Shown here in pieces: positions 53,105 to 63,390 of a DNA stretch of 64,000 nucleotides (its first letter is position 1; each line of letters begins with the position of its first letter). The stretch is from positions 5,594 through 69,593 of the forward strand of contig CAIMWN010000018.1 of NCBI GenBank assembly GCA_903845155.1, written 5' to 3'. The position numbers and the translations under genes were made by a program. This stretch comes from Oligoflexia bacterium (GTDB taxonomy: Bacteria > Bdellovibrionota > UBA1018 > CAIMNF01). The notes under the pieces were generated by a model. The model did not search any database, had not been told where the DNA came from, and saw only the letters and a list, made by a program, of their open reading frames with translations.

Positions 53105-54925
53105 TTGTTTCTCGGTAGATTGAAAAGAATTGTATTGGGTGATCCTTTAACCACAGACATGGCACACCATGAGCGCATTCCAAAATGGAAGGCACTTGCG
53201 GTTCTCTCTTCTGATGCACTGTCATCAGTGGCATACGCGACAGAAGAAATTTTAATTCCACTTTCAGGATTTGCAGCAGCTGCAGTGATGTGGTCGATGC
53301 CGATCGCGCTCGCCATTGGTTTTTTGTTATTAGTGGTGACCATCTCTTATCAGCAAACTATTCATGCATACCCAAGTGGCGGTGGTGCTTACATTGTTTC
53401 AAAAGATAACTTAGGAACGACTGCGGGTTTAGTTGCTGGGGCCTCATTACTGATTGATTATATTTTGACTGTTTCGGTGTCAGTGGCAGCAGGCATGGAG
53501 AACGTGGTTTCGGCGTTTCCAGAAGTTGCCCCTCACGCAGTGGTTCTGGGGAGCGGAATCATTCTTTTGATTATGTTTTTGAATCTCAGAGGAATACGCG
53601 AATCTGCCAATATTTTTGCACTTCCGACCTATCTCTTTATCTTTTCATTCCTTCTCATGATTGTGGTGGGATTTTGGAAGCACGCTCATCAAATTCCAGT
53701 GGTCCAAACGGTGGTGGAGAATACCTATCCGAGTATTCCTCTGTTTTTGCTGTTGCGGGCGTTCTCGTCTGGGTGTTCAGCGCTCACGGGGATTGAAGCG
53801 ATTTCAAATGGTATCCCTGTGTTTCAGGCACCATCAGAACGAAATGCAAAAATCACCATGGCATGGATGTCGCTCATTTTAGGTGGCTTCTTTCTCGCCA
53901 TTACTTATCTCTGTCACCTTTATGGATTAGTACCGAAAGAAGGCGAGACTGCTGTATCGTTGCTTGCCCATCAAATTTTTGGTAACGATCGTTTGTACTT
54001 TTTGATTCCGGTGTCTACTGCGCTCATTCTTTTTTTGGCAGCGAATACCAGTTATGCAGATTTTCCACGCTTATCATCGCTCCTCGCGCGCGATCGTTTT
54101 TTGCCAAGGCAGCTAGGGAGTCTCGGCGATCGTTTGGTGTTCTCGAACGGAATTATCGGACTGAGCCTTTTCGCGATTTTTCTCTTGGTGATTTATAAAG
54201 GTGAAACCCATCATTTGATCCCGCTCTATGCGGTGGGCGTATTCATTTCGTTTACGCTTTCACAAGCGGGAATGGTGGTTCATCATCTGAGAATTCGCCA
54301 GCCACGCTGGATGCTGGCCTTAGGTTTTAATGCCTTAGGTGCCTTAACTACTTTTGTGGTTTTAGTGGTGATTGCGACCACCAAATTTATGAATGGTGCT
54401 TGGATGGTCGTCGTTCTGATTCCAGTTTTAGTTTTAGTTTTCAAAGCGATTGAAAGTCATTACTTAAGTGTTGCAAAACAGCTTGCTTATCAAACTACTT
54501 CTGAACCGCATGTGTTTGTGCCCATTAAGAATACCGCAATCATTCCTGTTTCTGGAATTCATCCGGGAGTAGTGGATGCCATTCGCTATGCTCTTTCCAT
54601 TTCTAAGAATGTGAAGGCTTGTTATGTAGAGCTGGATCCTGAGGCGCGCATTCGAATGGAGACGCAGTGGAAGCTGTGGGCCCCTGATGTTGAATTGGTG
54701 ATTCTGAAGTCTCCGTTTCGTTCAGTGATTATGCCCATTATTGATTACTTAAACGAAGTAGAGAGAACAGCGAAGGATGATATCATCACTGTAATTGTCC
54801 CCGAATTCGTTACTTCAAAATGGTATCATCAGTTTTTGCATAATCAAACTGCGACCGTTCTGCGTGCAATTCTTCGCTTTAAACGCGGGAGAATTGTAAC
54901 GAGTGTTCGTTACCATTTGAAGTAG
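53105..54925 (+). CDS. APC-superfamily permease (KimA-like amino-acid/K+ transporter family)
   Basis: TTG start with SD gaaggag (5-nt spacing). 12 TM segments. Conserved N-terminal LSSDALSSVAYATEE block. About 130-aa cytoplasmic C-domain. Confidence 0.7.
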   Translation: MFLGRLKRIVLGDPLTTDMAHHERIPKWKALAVLSSDALSSVAYATEEILIPLSGFAAAAVMWSMPIALAIGFLLLVVTISYQQTIHAYPSGGGAYIVSKDNLGTTAGLVAGASLLIDYILTVSVSVAAGMENVVSAFPEVAPHAVVLGSGIILLIMFLNLRGIRESANIFALPTYLFIFSFLLMIVVGFWKHAHQIPVVQTVVENTYPSIPLFLLLRAFSSGCSALTGIEAISNGIPVFQAPSERNAKITMAWMSLILGGFFLAITYLCHLYGLVPKEGETAVSLLAHQIFGNDRLYFLIPVSTALILFLAANTSYADFPRLSSLLARDRFLPRQLGSLGDRLVFSNGIIGLSLFAIFLLVIYKGETHHLIPLYAVGVFISFTLSQAGMVVHHLRIRQPRWMLALGFNALGALTTFVVLVVIATTKFMNGAWMVVVLIPVLVLVFKAIESHYLSVAKQLAYQTTSEPHVFVPIKNTAIIPVSGIHPGVVDAIRYALSISKNVKACYVELDPEARIRMETQWKLWAPDVELVILKSPFRSVIMPIIDYLNEVERTAKDDIITVIVPEFVTSKWYHQFLHNQTATVLRAILRFKRGRIVTSVRYHLK

Positions 54926-54946
54926 TCGTCATTTGAAATAATCGTG

Positions 54947-55384
54947 TTATTTATTGTCTTCAGTTTTATTGTTTTGCTCTACGATGAGCTCTTTTCTTAA
55001 ATCTGCGACCACTCTGCCTTCATGTGCGGGGTCAATACTCAATTGACGGGCAATGTCGTCCCAGCTTTTACGTTCATCAGAATGCATTCTGATCACCAAA
55101 GATGCTGATTTGCCAGTGTCTTTTGCCAATTGCTCCGCAATTGCAATGTCAGAGTACTGTAGTCCTTGTTCTTTAAAGTCATTTACCTTCTCTTCACTCA
55201 CTCCATATCGATTTTTAAGTGTATTGGTCCATGCACTGTTATTGTGGATTTTATCGAGCTCCCGACTTTCATCGGAAAGTTGAACGTCGTTGCTCATGGC
55301 CCAAGTTGAATGACTAAATCCGACCAACAAAAAACCTAAAATTGTTTTTATCGTTCTAGCTTTTAATCTTTTTGAAAAATTCAT
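54947..55384 (-). CDS. Secreted hypothetical protein
   Basis: Signal peptide MNFSKRLKARTIKTILGFLLVGFSHSTWA. Confidence 0.4.
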   Translation of the reverse strand: MNFSKRLKARTIKTILGFLLVGFSHSTWAMSNDVQLSDESRELDKIHNNSAWTNTLKNRYGVSEEKVNDFKEQGLQYSDIAIAEQLAKDTGKSASLVIRMHSDERKSWDDIARQLSIDPAHEGRVVADLRKELIVEQNNKTEDNK

Positions 55385-55665
55385 ATGCACCTCCACGTGT
55401 ACTCTCTTTATATCTCTCCGTGGGAAGCACGATGATTAATGTTCAGTAAAATAAGCTTAATAGCACTTCGCTAGTATTGCGAATGGTCATGTGGAAGATA
55501 CTCATAGGGCTCAAAACGAGAACTCTTGAGAGCAGGGTGAGTTTTGAATTAAGGGTAAATGGTAATAAAGCAAAGTAAATTCAATTATTTGTCCTGAGCG
55601 GGGTCGCATGTCGATAATACATTATGTCAATTTAATATTTGAGCGCAAATTGCCGATAAGCCAAT

Positions 55666-56871
55666 GTGATTCAACTCTTGCTACTCATTGCATGTATTTT
55701 GCCCAATTTTACTCAGGCTCAAGGCCAAGGGGTGGCTGTTAAGCAAGTGTTGGGGCGGACCTGCCAGATTGGCTTTGATGATGATCCTTATTTTTCTAAA
55801 TCGACGACGAAGGCCCTGAGGGCTGAATTGAAAAAGCGCGGGTATTCGATAACCGACGTCTGCGGCTGCCAGGAGTATTTGGCGGATGATTGCTATATGT
55901 TTATGCGAGAGGGTAAAAACAACGGAGTTACATTTCCGCCCACTCTTGTCCGAGTGAGCCCAGTGACTTCTGGTGTTAAGAAAGAAAGACCAAATATATA
56001 TGCAAAAAACTCGAGCACCAATCAAAGCTTAATTGATGACTTCCTCAAAATGCTTCCTTCACCGACCTGCAAACAAACTCAGCGGATCCCCTCCAAGCAA
56101 ACTCTTCATGAATGGATAAAGAAAAAAATCATTCCAACGATTGATGGTTCTGCTTGCATGATCCTTCCTCAGAATATGGTTTATATGGGTACGGCTAAAA
56201 ATGAATGCGGCCAACTCTTGTTAAGCGACCTGGCAAAGCCTAAAAAGAAATCTCCCAAAGCTACGCCTGCAAAAGTGAATGATGAGTCCTGTGCCGTAGT
56301 GCAGCCCGGCCCGCTCACTCAGCTCGTTGAAGAGGTGAAGAAACTCCCTCCGGTCATGGTCAGAGTGGATTGGTGGACCGGGCAAGGGTTCTTGCGAGGA
56401 AATTTAGGTGACGACGAATCGCAACTCGAACCCCTTATGCAGGCGGAAGCCATACTACCTAAAACGAAAGATTCGCCGGAATTGAAGTACAAACCCTACG
56501 AAAATTTATTGAATGATTTGAAAGCGATTCAGAATTCGCCAACGGTGTTGGACTTAAAGAGTAAATCGAAATGCACCGCAACCCTGGTGGTAGAGATCGC
56601 AAAAGGGGTATTCCTCGATAGTAAGCCCATTACTGAATACGATCAAAAGCCGGGCAGTCATTTTAAGATTGATTCGCATTGGGCAATCCGGGGATCAGTG
56701 AATGGCGTAATCTCTTATAGTGATGATATTAATGTTCAGCATGGAGAGTTCCCGTTTTCGGCAGCGAGGGATTCACACCACCCTGATCAGGCCATCGTTG
56801 GATCACCGCTGAGCCCAGATTACATTTCCCGTCTACAGCAAGGTCTTGCTGCTTGTCCTTTAGATAAGTGA
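55666..56871 (+). CDS. Secreted hypothetical protein (401 aa)
   Basis: GTG start. Signal peptide MIQLLLLIACILPNFTQAQG. Several Cys pairs. Confidence 0.5.
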   Translation: MIQLLLLIACILPNFTQAQGQGVAVKQVLGRTCQIGFDDDPYFSKSTTKALRAELKKRGYSITDVCGCQEYLADDCYMFMREGKNNGVTFPPTLVRVSPVTSGVKKERPNIYAKNSSTNQSLIDDFLKMLPSPTCKQTQRIPSKQTLHEWIKKKIIPTIDGSACMILPQNMVYMGTAKNECGQLLLSDLAKPKKKSPKATPAKVNDESCAVVQPGPLTQLVEEVKKLPPVMVRVDWWTGQGFLRGNLGDDESQLEPLMQAEAILPKTKDSPELKYKPYENLLNDLKAIQNSPTVLDLKSKSKCTATLVVEIAKGVFLDSKPITEYDQKPGSHFKIDSHWAIRGSVNGVISYSDDINVQHGEFPFSAARDSHHPDQAIVGSPLSPDYISRLQQGLAACPLDK

Positions 56872-56879
56872 AGAGCCAG

Positions 56880-57674
56880 CTATTGATAAATCCACTTCTT
56901 AAAATAAGGAAGATAAACGGTCGCTACTTGTTTGGAATTTATTTTAGTAGAGTGGAGTGCGATCAGCGAGAGTGTGTCGCCCGTTCTTAGGAAGACGGGG
57001 CTACCCGAATCCCCAATCGCCGAGTACGCATCTCTGATGTAGATCTCTCTTTGGTCTTTTTGTTCGTAAAAAACCTTGGTCCAAATGCGTTTGTTTTCTT
57101 CGCCTCTCAGGCCAAAGCCCACGCGTTCTAAAGGTTGGCCCATCACGAAGTGAAATTCCTGGTCGTCGGAGAGTTCAGGAATGGAGACAAAACGGTCCAC
57201 GGTTGAATCTTCTTTGAGCTCGAAAACCGCCAAGTCTGAGTCACTGAACGAATGAGTGGGATTATATTTGGGGTGAACGCGGATGCTATTTTGATCAACC
57301 TTAAAAAAAGTAAGATTTGAATCGCGGAGAGAGTTTCCGATCAGCACTTCGTTTTGGTCCGACTTCGCGATGCAGTGTGCAGCGGTGATTCCGAGGCGCT
57401 TTGAAAGCATCACGGCCGAGCAAATATAAGTGTTTTTCCCGCGATAGGTTTTCAGGATCACGGCTGCTTGAAATTCGCTCCAATTCGTCGGCGTTTCAGG
57501 CATTTTTGCTAGATTGCTTGTAGAGCGTGAGTCGTGAGGAGGTGAAACGCGAGCAGGGGCTACTTGTTTAGAAGAAATTTGTGATGAGGTGCTGCACCCA
57601 GTGAACATTAAAAAACAAAATAAGTTTAGCGGGAAATAGTTCTTCAGAATATTATTCATTAAAATTAATCTCAA
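56880..57674 (-). CDS. Trypsin-like (S1) serine protease lipoprotein
   Basis: Lipobox LMFTGC. TAAHC (His), active-site Asp in DSDLAVF region, GDSGSPVF (Ser). Confidence 0.85.
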   Translation of the reverse strand: MRLILMNNILKNYFPLNLFCFLMFTGCSTSSQISSKQVAPARVSPPHDSRSTSNLAKMPETPTNWSEFQAAVILKTYRGKNTYICSAVMLSKRLGITAAHCIAKSDQNEVLIGNSLRDSNLTFFKVDQNSIRVHPKYNPTHSFSDSDLAVFELKEDSTVDRFVSIPELSDDQEFHFVMGQPLERVGFGLRGEENKRIWTKVFYEQKDQREIYIRDAYSAIGDSGSPVFLRTGDTLSLIALHSTKINSKQVATVYLPYFKKWIYQ

Positions 57675-57707
57675 CGTTCATTTAAAGTTCACGAAAGGCA
57701 CCTCAAA

Positions 57708-58508
57708 TTAGAGATACATGCGATCAGGGTCGATTTTGTGACGAAGTAAATCCAAGGCCTTCGGATCGGGTTCGCCAGGGATGCGTAATTCGGCTGCCAC
57801 CTTTAAATCCCAACCACAGTTTTGTTTTACTTGCTCGACCGTTACGCCAGGATAGATTTCAGTCAGCGTAAACTCACCATCGATCATTTCGAGCACTCCC
57901 AAATCGGTGATTGCTTTGACCGGGCCACCGCCAGGGAGTTTTAATTCAGCGCGGGTTTTCCCCTGATCTTTGGATGGTTTTGAAGAGTCCATCCGCGAGC
58001 CGGGGCTCGTGACGAAATCACATTTCGCTACAAAGCTTTTCGGGCTCATTCGCATCATGATGAGGACGCGGTGTGAGTGGGTTGCAATTTCGCAAGCGCC
58101 ACCCGAGCCCGGCAAGCGAATTTTTGGATTGTCATAGTCGCCAATCACAGTAGTGTTGATGTTTCCGTAACGATCGACTTGTGCGCCACCCAAGAAACCT
58201 ACTTCGATGAGTCCGCCTTGGAGATAGCATTGAAATATATCTGACTGAGAAACAATCGCGAGTGAATCCGTAACGAGAGTGGGGTCACCAATCGATACAG
58301 GCAAACGCGCAGGAATAGTTCCAATCGTGCCGCTCTCATAAATCATATATAGCTGTGGTGCATGAGTGGCGCGCGCGAGGTTACACGCTAAATTGGGAAG
58401 GCCGATCCCTACAAATACCACTTCGCGATCTTGAAGTTCTTGAGACGCACGAATAGCCATGCGCTCAGAAGGGGTGATGATAGAAGGAGAAGCATTTTTA
58501 GTATCCAT
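57708..58508 (-). CDS. CoA-transferase subunit B (glutaconate-CoA-transferase-like)
   Basis: Family-I CoA-transferase beta subunit with catalytic Glu in MIYESGTIG. 266 aa. Overlaps subunit A by 11 nt. Confidence 0.8.
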   Translation of the reverse strand: MDTKNASPSIITPSERMAIRASQELQDREVVFVGIGLPNLACNLARATHAPQLYMIYESGTIGTIPARLPVSIGDPTLVTDSLAIVSQSDIFQCYLQGGLIEVGFLGGAQVDRYGNINTTVIGDYDNPKIRLPGSGGACEIATHSHRVLIMMRMSPKSFVAKCDFVTSPGSRMDSSKPSKDQGKTRAELKLPGGGPVKAITDLGVLEMIDGEFTLTEIYPGVTVEQVKQNCGWDLKVAAELRIPGEPDPKALDLLRHKIDPDRMYL

Positions 58509-59427
58509 AATCCACTCCTTCGCATTTGCGGGGTTTTGCTTTCAGGCGATCGATTAAATCAGTGCCTGATTTTGCAATGTATTCTTTACGGTCTTTTACG
58601 CCATAAACAAAGGCTTCTAGGTAATCTTGATAAGTTTTAGGATCGCGCGAGATGTCTTCCCACTTCACGTAGAATGCATTATCGCGGTCATAGTAGCCCT
58701 GAGTGTAAGAAGGATGGCAACCCCAGGGTTCGTGAACGACGTGGTCGACTAAAATACCGGGAACGAGAGTGCGATTCGGATCACGACGAATGACGGAAGT
58801 GTCTACAATTTCTTCGGCTACGACAATGAGGCGCTTAGACGCAAAGGCCACTTCTTTTTGTGTGCCCATGAGTCCCCACACTTGTGCATTTCCTTCTTGA
58901 TCGCAGCGTTGCGCATGAATGATTGCAACATCAGGGTGGAGTGCCGGTACGGTTGCGAAGTTTTCGCCAGTGTAGGGGCAGGTGACAGATTTAATGAGTG
59001 GGTTCACTTCAGCAATGTGAGTGCCCTCATAGTTTTTAAGTGGCCAAAAGGGGAGTCCGGCACTTCCGGCGAGAGTGCGAGCGACCATTCCGAAGTGTGA
59101 GTATTCTTCGAGTTCAATCTTTGAAGCCGAATCTTTTTGAGAACGTCTACGAAGACCGTGCAAGCTGCCTACACCCGGATTTCCGGCCCAACTAAAAACC
59201 AGTTTTTTCACCAAGCCCGCTTCGATGAGTTGGTCATAAACCAAATCAGGAGTGAGGCGCATTGCTGTAAGATTTCCAATGCGTTGACGAATGATCTCGT
59301 GTCCGGCCGCAAAACAAATCAAGTGAGTGAAGCCTTCGATGTAAAGACTCGAGCCGGGTTTCACGGTATCTTGTATTGCTTCCTTCATGGAAACAATTTT
59401 ATTGGGGTTGAGCTTAGGCTTACGCAT
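58498..59427 (-). CDS. CoA-transferase subunit A (glutaconate-CoA-transferase-like)
   Basis: Family-I CoA-transferase alpha subunit (KIVSMKEAIQDTVKPGSSLYIEGFT). 309 aa. Confidence 0.8.
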   Translation of the reverse strand: MRKPKLNPNKIVSMKEAIQDTVKPGSSLYIEGFTHLICFAAGHEIIRQRIGNLTAMRLTPDLVYDQLIEAGLVKKLVFSWAGNPGVGSLHGLRRRSQKDSASKIELEEYSHFGMVARTLAGSAGLPFWPLKNYEGTHIAEVNPLIKSVTCPYTGENFATVPALHPDVAIIHAQRCDQEGNAQVWGLMGTQKEVAFASKRLIVVAEEIVDTSVIRRDPNRTLVPGILVDHVVHEPWGCHPSYTQGYYDRDNAFYVKWEDISRDPKTYQDYLEAFVYGVKDRKEYIAKSGTDLIDRLKAKPRKCEGVDYGY

Positions 59428-59435
59428 GATCGCTC

Positions 59436-60776
59436 CTAGGGAGTTCCGAGTTCAGTGAGGCACTGATCGAGAATTTCGAGTCCTACTTTCACTTCCCCTT
59501 CCGTAATCACTAGAGGGGGGGCAAAGCGAATGGTCGATTTACCACAGGAAAGGAGCAAGAGCCCTTTTCTGAAAGCCAATTGTTCAAGTTTGCCCACATA
59601 ATCTTGTGCTGGCGTTCCATCTTTCAGCGTGAATTCAACGCCAATCATCAGGCCTACGCCGCGAATATCAGCAATTACGGGGTGTTTCTTTTGAAGAATC
59701 TTAAGCTGTTCTTTGAAGTATAGGCCCGTTTTTTTAATGGTAGGTAATTGTCCTTCAATAATCTCGATCGTTGCATTCGCAGCTGCACAACAAACGGGGT
59801 TTCCGCCGTAAGTAGAACCGTGAGTTCCGCGACCCCAAGTCATCACAGAAGTTTTGGCAACGATTGCCCCGATTGGCATGCCCGATGCTATGCCTTTTGC
59901 AGTAAGTAAAATGTCTGGGGCCACGCCAAGTGTTTCGGCCGCAAACATATCACCGGTACGGCCGATGCCGCTTTGAACTTCATCGAATACGAGCATGATG
60001 CCGTGCTTGTCGCAAATCGCACGAAGATCTTTTAAGAATTTCAGTGCTGGCATAATATATCCGCCCTCACCTTGAATTGGTTCAACGAAAATCGCAGCCA
60101 CTTCTTCTGGAGCAAAGTGACTCGGGAACCAATCTTGTTCAATTTTATTTGCACACACGCAATTGCTTTCACACCAGGTTTTTTCATTCTTATAAGCGCA
60201 ACGAAACGGGTAAGAGTAAGGGAGGTGATAAACTTCTGGAAGGAGCGGGCCAAAGTGAGCTTTTTGAGTCACCTTAGACGAGTTTAGTGTGATCGCAGCC
60301 AAGGTACGGCCATGGAACGCACCTTTAAATGAAATAATTTTACTGCGACGAGTGTGGTGGCGTGCAAGCTTGATGGCGCCATCGACTGCCTCAGTCCCAG
60401 AGTTAGTTAAAAAAACTTTAGACTGCCCCATGTAGGGCGCTACAGATTTAGAAAGTTTTTCGCAAAGAGTAACCATCGACTCATAATAAAAATCGGTACC
60501 GCAAATGTGTAAAAATTTTGCAGCCGCATCTTGAATGGCTTTGACCACTTTGGGGTGAGAGTGGCCGGTAGAGGCTACGGCAATTCCTGCCATGAAATCT
60601 AAATATGAGTTTCCGTCGACATCATAAATCCAAACACCTTCGCCGCGCTCTACCACGAGTGGGTATTCCTTAATATACGAAGGAGAGGTCACTGCATGGT
60701 CGCGTTCAATCATCGCCTTCGCTTTTGGGCCGGGTGGTGGGATCTTAATCTCTGGTTTTTTAACTGTATTTAGCAT
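59436..60776 (-). CDS. Class-III PLP-dependent aminotransferase (ornithine/4-aminobutyrate aminotransferase family)
   Basis: DEVQSGIGRTG, PLP-lysine region LTAKGIASGMPIGAIV, GGNPVCCAAA. Confidence 0.9.
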   Translation of the reverse strand: MLNTVKKPEIKIPPPGPKAKAMIERDHAVTSPSYIKEYPLVVERGEGVWIYDVDGNSYLDFMAGIAVASTGHSHPKVVKAIQDAAAKFLHICGTDFYYESMVTLCEKLSKSVAPYMGQSKVFLTNSGTEAVDGAIKLARHHTRRSKIISFKGAFHGRTLAAITLNSSKVTQKAHFGPLLPEVYHLPYSYPFRCAYKNEKTWCESNCVCANKIEQDWFPSHFAPEEVAAIFVEPIQGEGGYIMPALKFLKDLRAICDKHGIMLVFDEVQSGIGRTGDMFAAETLGVAPDILLTAKGIASGMPIGAIVAKTSVMTWGRGTHGSTYGGNPVCCAAANATIEIIEGQLPTIKKTGLYFKEQLKILQKKHPVIADIRGVGLMIGVEFTLKDGTPAQDYVGKLEQLAFRKGLLLLSCGKSTIRFAPPLVITEGEVKVGLEILDQCLTELGTP

Positions 60777-60847
60777 GAAAATACAGTACCTGAAATTTGG
60801 CTTGAGTGAAAGGGGGCGGTCAAGATTGAGGGTGTTTATGACTCACT

Positions 60848-60915
60848 CTGCAATTGTGCCTGAAATGCACAAAGTTAAGTTTTCTCGACAGTGTGCATTT
60901 TAGGCACAATTGCAG
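60848..60915. repeat. 23-bp near-perfect inverted repeat with 22-nt spacer between the P5C-dehydrogenase and aminotransferase genes
   Basis: ctgcaattgtgcctgaaatgcac (60848-60870) / gtgcattttaggcacaattgcag (60893-60915), 22 of 23 complementary. No U-tract on the coding (minus) strand. Confidence 0.6.
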
Positions 60916-60954
60916 ATGGCTCACCGTTGCCTCGATTACTGAGCAGTCAAAAAA

Positions 60955-62523
60955 CTACCCCATAATAGTGCGGGACTGTTCGCGCATGAATTGTGAAACG
61001 TAGTAAGGTCCGCAGCCGCCTTTACCGCTCATTCCTGAGCCCTTCCAGCCACAGAAAGATTGAACTCCAGGCCAAGCACCGGTCGTCGCGCCGGTCGCGC
61101 GATTTGCATACAAGACACCTGCTTCAATATTGTCCATGAAGTAACTAATTTCTTTCTGGTCTTCGCTGAATACGCCTGCAGTCAAGCCGTAGTCGGCTTG
61201 GTTGGCGTGATCGATCGCTTCTGCGAGGTCCGTAAATTGAGTGACGGCCAAGAAGGGTGCAAAAAATTCATCACGTAAGTGACGAGCATTGCGCGGCACC
61301 TCAACAATAGCGGGCTCAACGAAGTGGCCATTTTTGAATTCGCTTTGAGTGCGAAGGTCGGAGCCACCACACAGCACTTTTCCGATTTCACGCGCTTCCT
61401 TTACTGCTTGTAGAAACCGATCTACCGTTTTTGCATTGATCACTGGTCCCATGTAAATTTCTTGTTTTGAAGGGTCGCCGATTTTAACGGTTTTGGCTTG
61501 AGCAATTAATTTCTCGATAAATTGATCATAAATACTCTCATGAACGTAGATGCGAGAGAGTGCGCTACATTTTTGGCCAGAAAGACCAAAGGCACTTCGC
61601 ATAGAACCTTGAGCTGCCTTTTCTAGGTTTGCACTCGCGCACACAAAAGCCGGGTTTTTGCCGCCGAGTTCTGCAAGCACTGGCTTTGTAAAAGCTCCAC
61701 TGGTCATGGTGCGAAGAATGGACAAGCCCACCGCTTTACTCCCCGTAAAGGCAACACCATCGCAAAGTGGGTTTTTAATCATGGCTTCGCCTAAAGAGGC
61801 GCCAAGGCCGTAAACCACTTGAAGCGTTCCTTCGGGAAGACCCGCTTCACGATATGCTTCATAAAGTTCATGCGCGGTGCCGGGTGCATCGTCAGAAGGT
61901 TTTAGAATAACGCTGTTTCCACCTAAAATCGCGGCCGATGTCATTCCTGCAGAAAGTGCCATCGGGAAATTGAAAGGGGCAATTACTGCAAATACTCCGT
62001 AAGGGCGAAGCACGTCTTGTGTTTGCTCGTTAGGTGAAAGTTTACCAAGTGGTTTCACAAAACCGTTCGCTTCTTCCATCTGTTGAGCGTAGTAGGAGAG
62101 GAGGTCGGCTGATTCTTCTGCATCGCCGAGTGATTCCATTCTGTTTTTGCCTACCTCTAAGGTCATCGAAATCGCGATACGCATTTTACGGTCACGGATA
62201 ATGTCGGCAGCTTTATTCGTGATGCGCACTCTTTCTTTCCATGGAGTGGCGGCCCACGTTTTTTGCGCTTTCTTTGCCGCCTGAAATGCTTCAACAAGAT
62301 GCGATTCGTTCACCACATGATATTTTGCAATGAGCTCGTTCGTATTTGCCGGATTTAATTTAGAATTAAAAACTCCAGTCGTTATTTTTTTCCCATTGAT
62401 GATGGAAGGAAATTCGCGACCCAGTTCCGATTTTATTTTGGAAAGTTCTTCATCAAAGGCCTTGTGAATGAGTGACATGTCGGCGTTTAAAGCGGAATAG
62501 GTAATTTTAAAATTGGAAGACAT
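60955..62523 (-). CDS. rocA: 1-pyrroline-5-carboxylate (glutamate-semialdehyde) dehydrogenase, RocA-type
   Basis: Collinear with B. subtilis RocA: GREFPSIINGKKI, ELGGKNP, GQKCSA, C-terminal GWKGSGMSGKGGCGPYYV. Confidence 0.85.
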   Translation of the reverse strand: MSSNFKITYSALNADMSLIHKAFDEELSKIKSELGREFPSIINGKKITTGVFNSKLNPANTNELIAKYHVVNESHLVEAFQAAKKAQKTWAATPWKERVRITNKAADIIRDRKMRIAISMTLEVGKNRMESLGDAEESADLLSYYAQQMEEANGFVKPLGKLSPNEQTQDVLRPYGVFAVIAPFNFPMALSAGMTSAAILGGNSVILKPSDDAPGTAHELYEAYREAGLPEGTLQVVYGLGASLGEAMIKNPLCDGVAFTGSKAVGLSILRTMTSGAFTKPVLAELGGKNPAFVCASANLEKAAQGSMRSAFGLSGQKCSALSRIYVHESIYDQFIEKLIAQAKTVKIGDPSKQEIYMGPVINAKTVDRFLQAVKEAREIGKVLCGGSDLRTQSEFKNGHFVEPAIVEVPRNARHLRDEFFAPFLAVTQFTDLAEAIDHANQADYGLTAGVFSEDQKEISYFMDNIEAGVLYANRATGATTGAWPGVQSFCGWKGSGMSGKGGCGPYYVSQFMREQSRTIMG

Positions 62524-62545
62524 TTTCGAGGCTCCTGCTTGGGTA

Positions 62546-63352
62546 TTATTGAGTAAGTGTTTCAGTATTCATCATATAGGTTTCAGGATTATATTCAAGT
62601 GAGAGGATTTTGTTATCTGAATAGGTAATGATAAAAGCAAGATAACCCTCGGTGCTTCGAATTTGAGAATCCGGCGTAATTTCAACCGTCACGATCTCTC
62701 CAAGCTCTGACAATTTTTTGGCTAACTCTGGATCTTTGAGTGAATAGTTTAGTAATTCTAAATGAGCAACTACTGGTTTTTCGTCACTTGCATTCATGGT
62801 TGGAGTTTTCGAAGCAACCGTATGATCGTGATACCAATCATAGTTATCACTGCGGTGACCATATTGATCCAGTGGCGCGACAGCGCTTCTTCTGCTTCCA
62901 TTTGGAGTTACAGTTACAACTTCTTGCCCATTTCTTTCTACCCGTACTGCTGGATTGGGTTTTGCAACTGGGGCGGTCTCGCGTTTTCTGGTAGGGTACC
63001 CATTTGGATTTTGGGTAATGTAGGGATGTCGGACTATTAGCATCTCTCCTGCGCTCATGCCATAATCGTATCTATGGCTTCCATTTGGAAACGTAACGAC
63101 TTGGCCATCGTGGTTTTTGTGAACAACAGTTGAGACACGGCCATGCGTAATGCTTGTTTTGGTAGTGGTATGACTTCCGTTCTGTTTCAGTTGCGGAACT
63201 GGTTTAATCGCCAATCGCTGCTCGATTGTTTTCGCAACATAGGTTCCATCCGCAACGTTATCGGTAGGCAGCTTTGTGGTTTGAGCGAAGCTGATGCTGC
63301 ATAGTAGGAGGCTAGAGGTGACGATTGTTTTTTTTATAAAGAGCTTTTTCAT
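62546..63352 (-). CDS. Secreted hypothetical protein
   Basis: Signal peptide MKKLFIKKTIVTSSLLLCSISFAQT. Thr/Pro/Asn-rich. Confidence 0.5.
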   Translation of the reverse strand: MKKLFIKKTIVTSSLLLCSISFAQTTKLPTDNVADGTYVAKTIEQRLAIKPVPQLKQNGSHTTTKTSITHGRVSTVVHKNHDGQVVTFPNGSHRYDYGMSAGEMLIVRHPYITQNPNGYPTRKRETAPVAKPNPAVRVERNGQEVVTVTPNGSRRSAVAPLDQYGHRSDNYDWYHDHTVASKTPTMNASDEKPVVAHLELLNYSLKDPELAKKLSELGEIVTVEITPDSQIRSTEGYLAFIITYSDNKILSLEYNPETYMMNTETLTQ

Positions 63353-63390
63353 AAGTTAGGTATTTCTCTTTTTTCGGCAGACGTTTCAAA

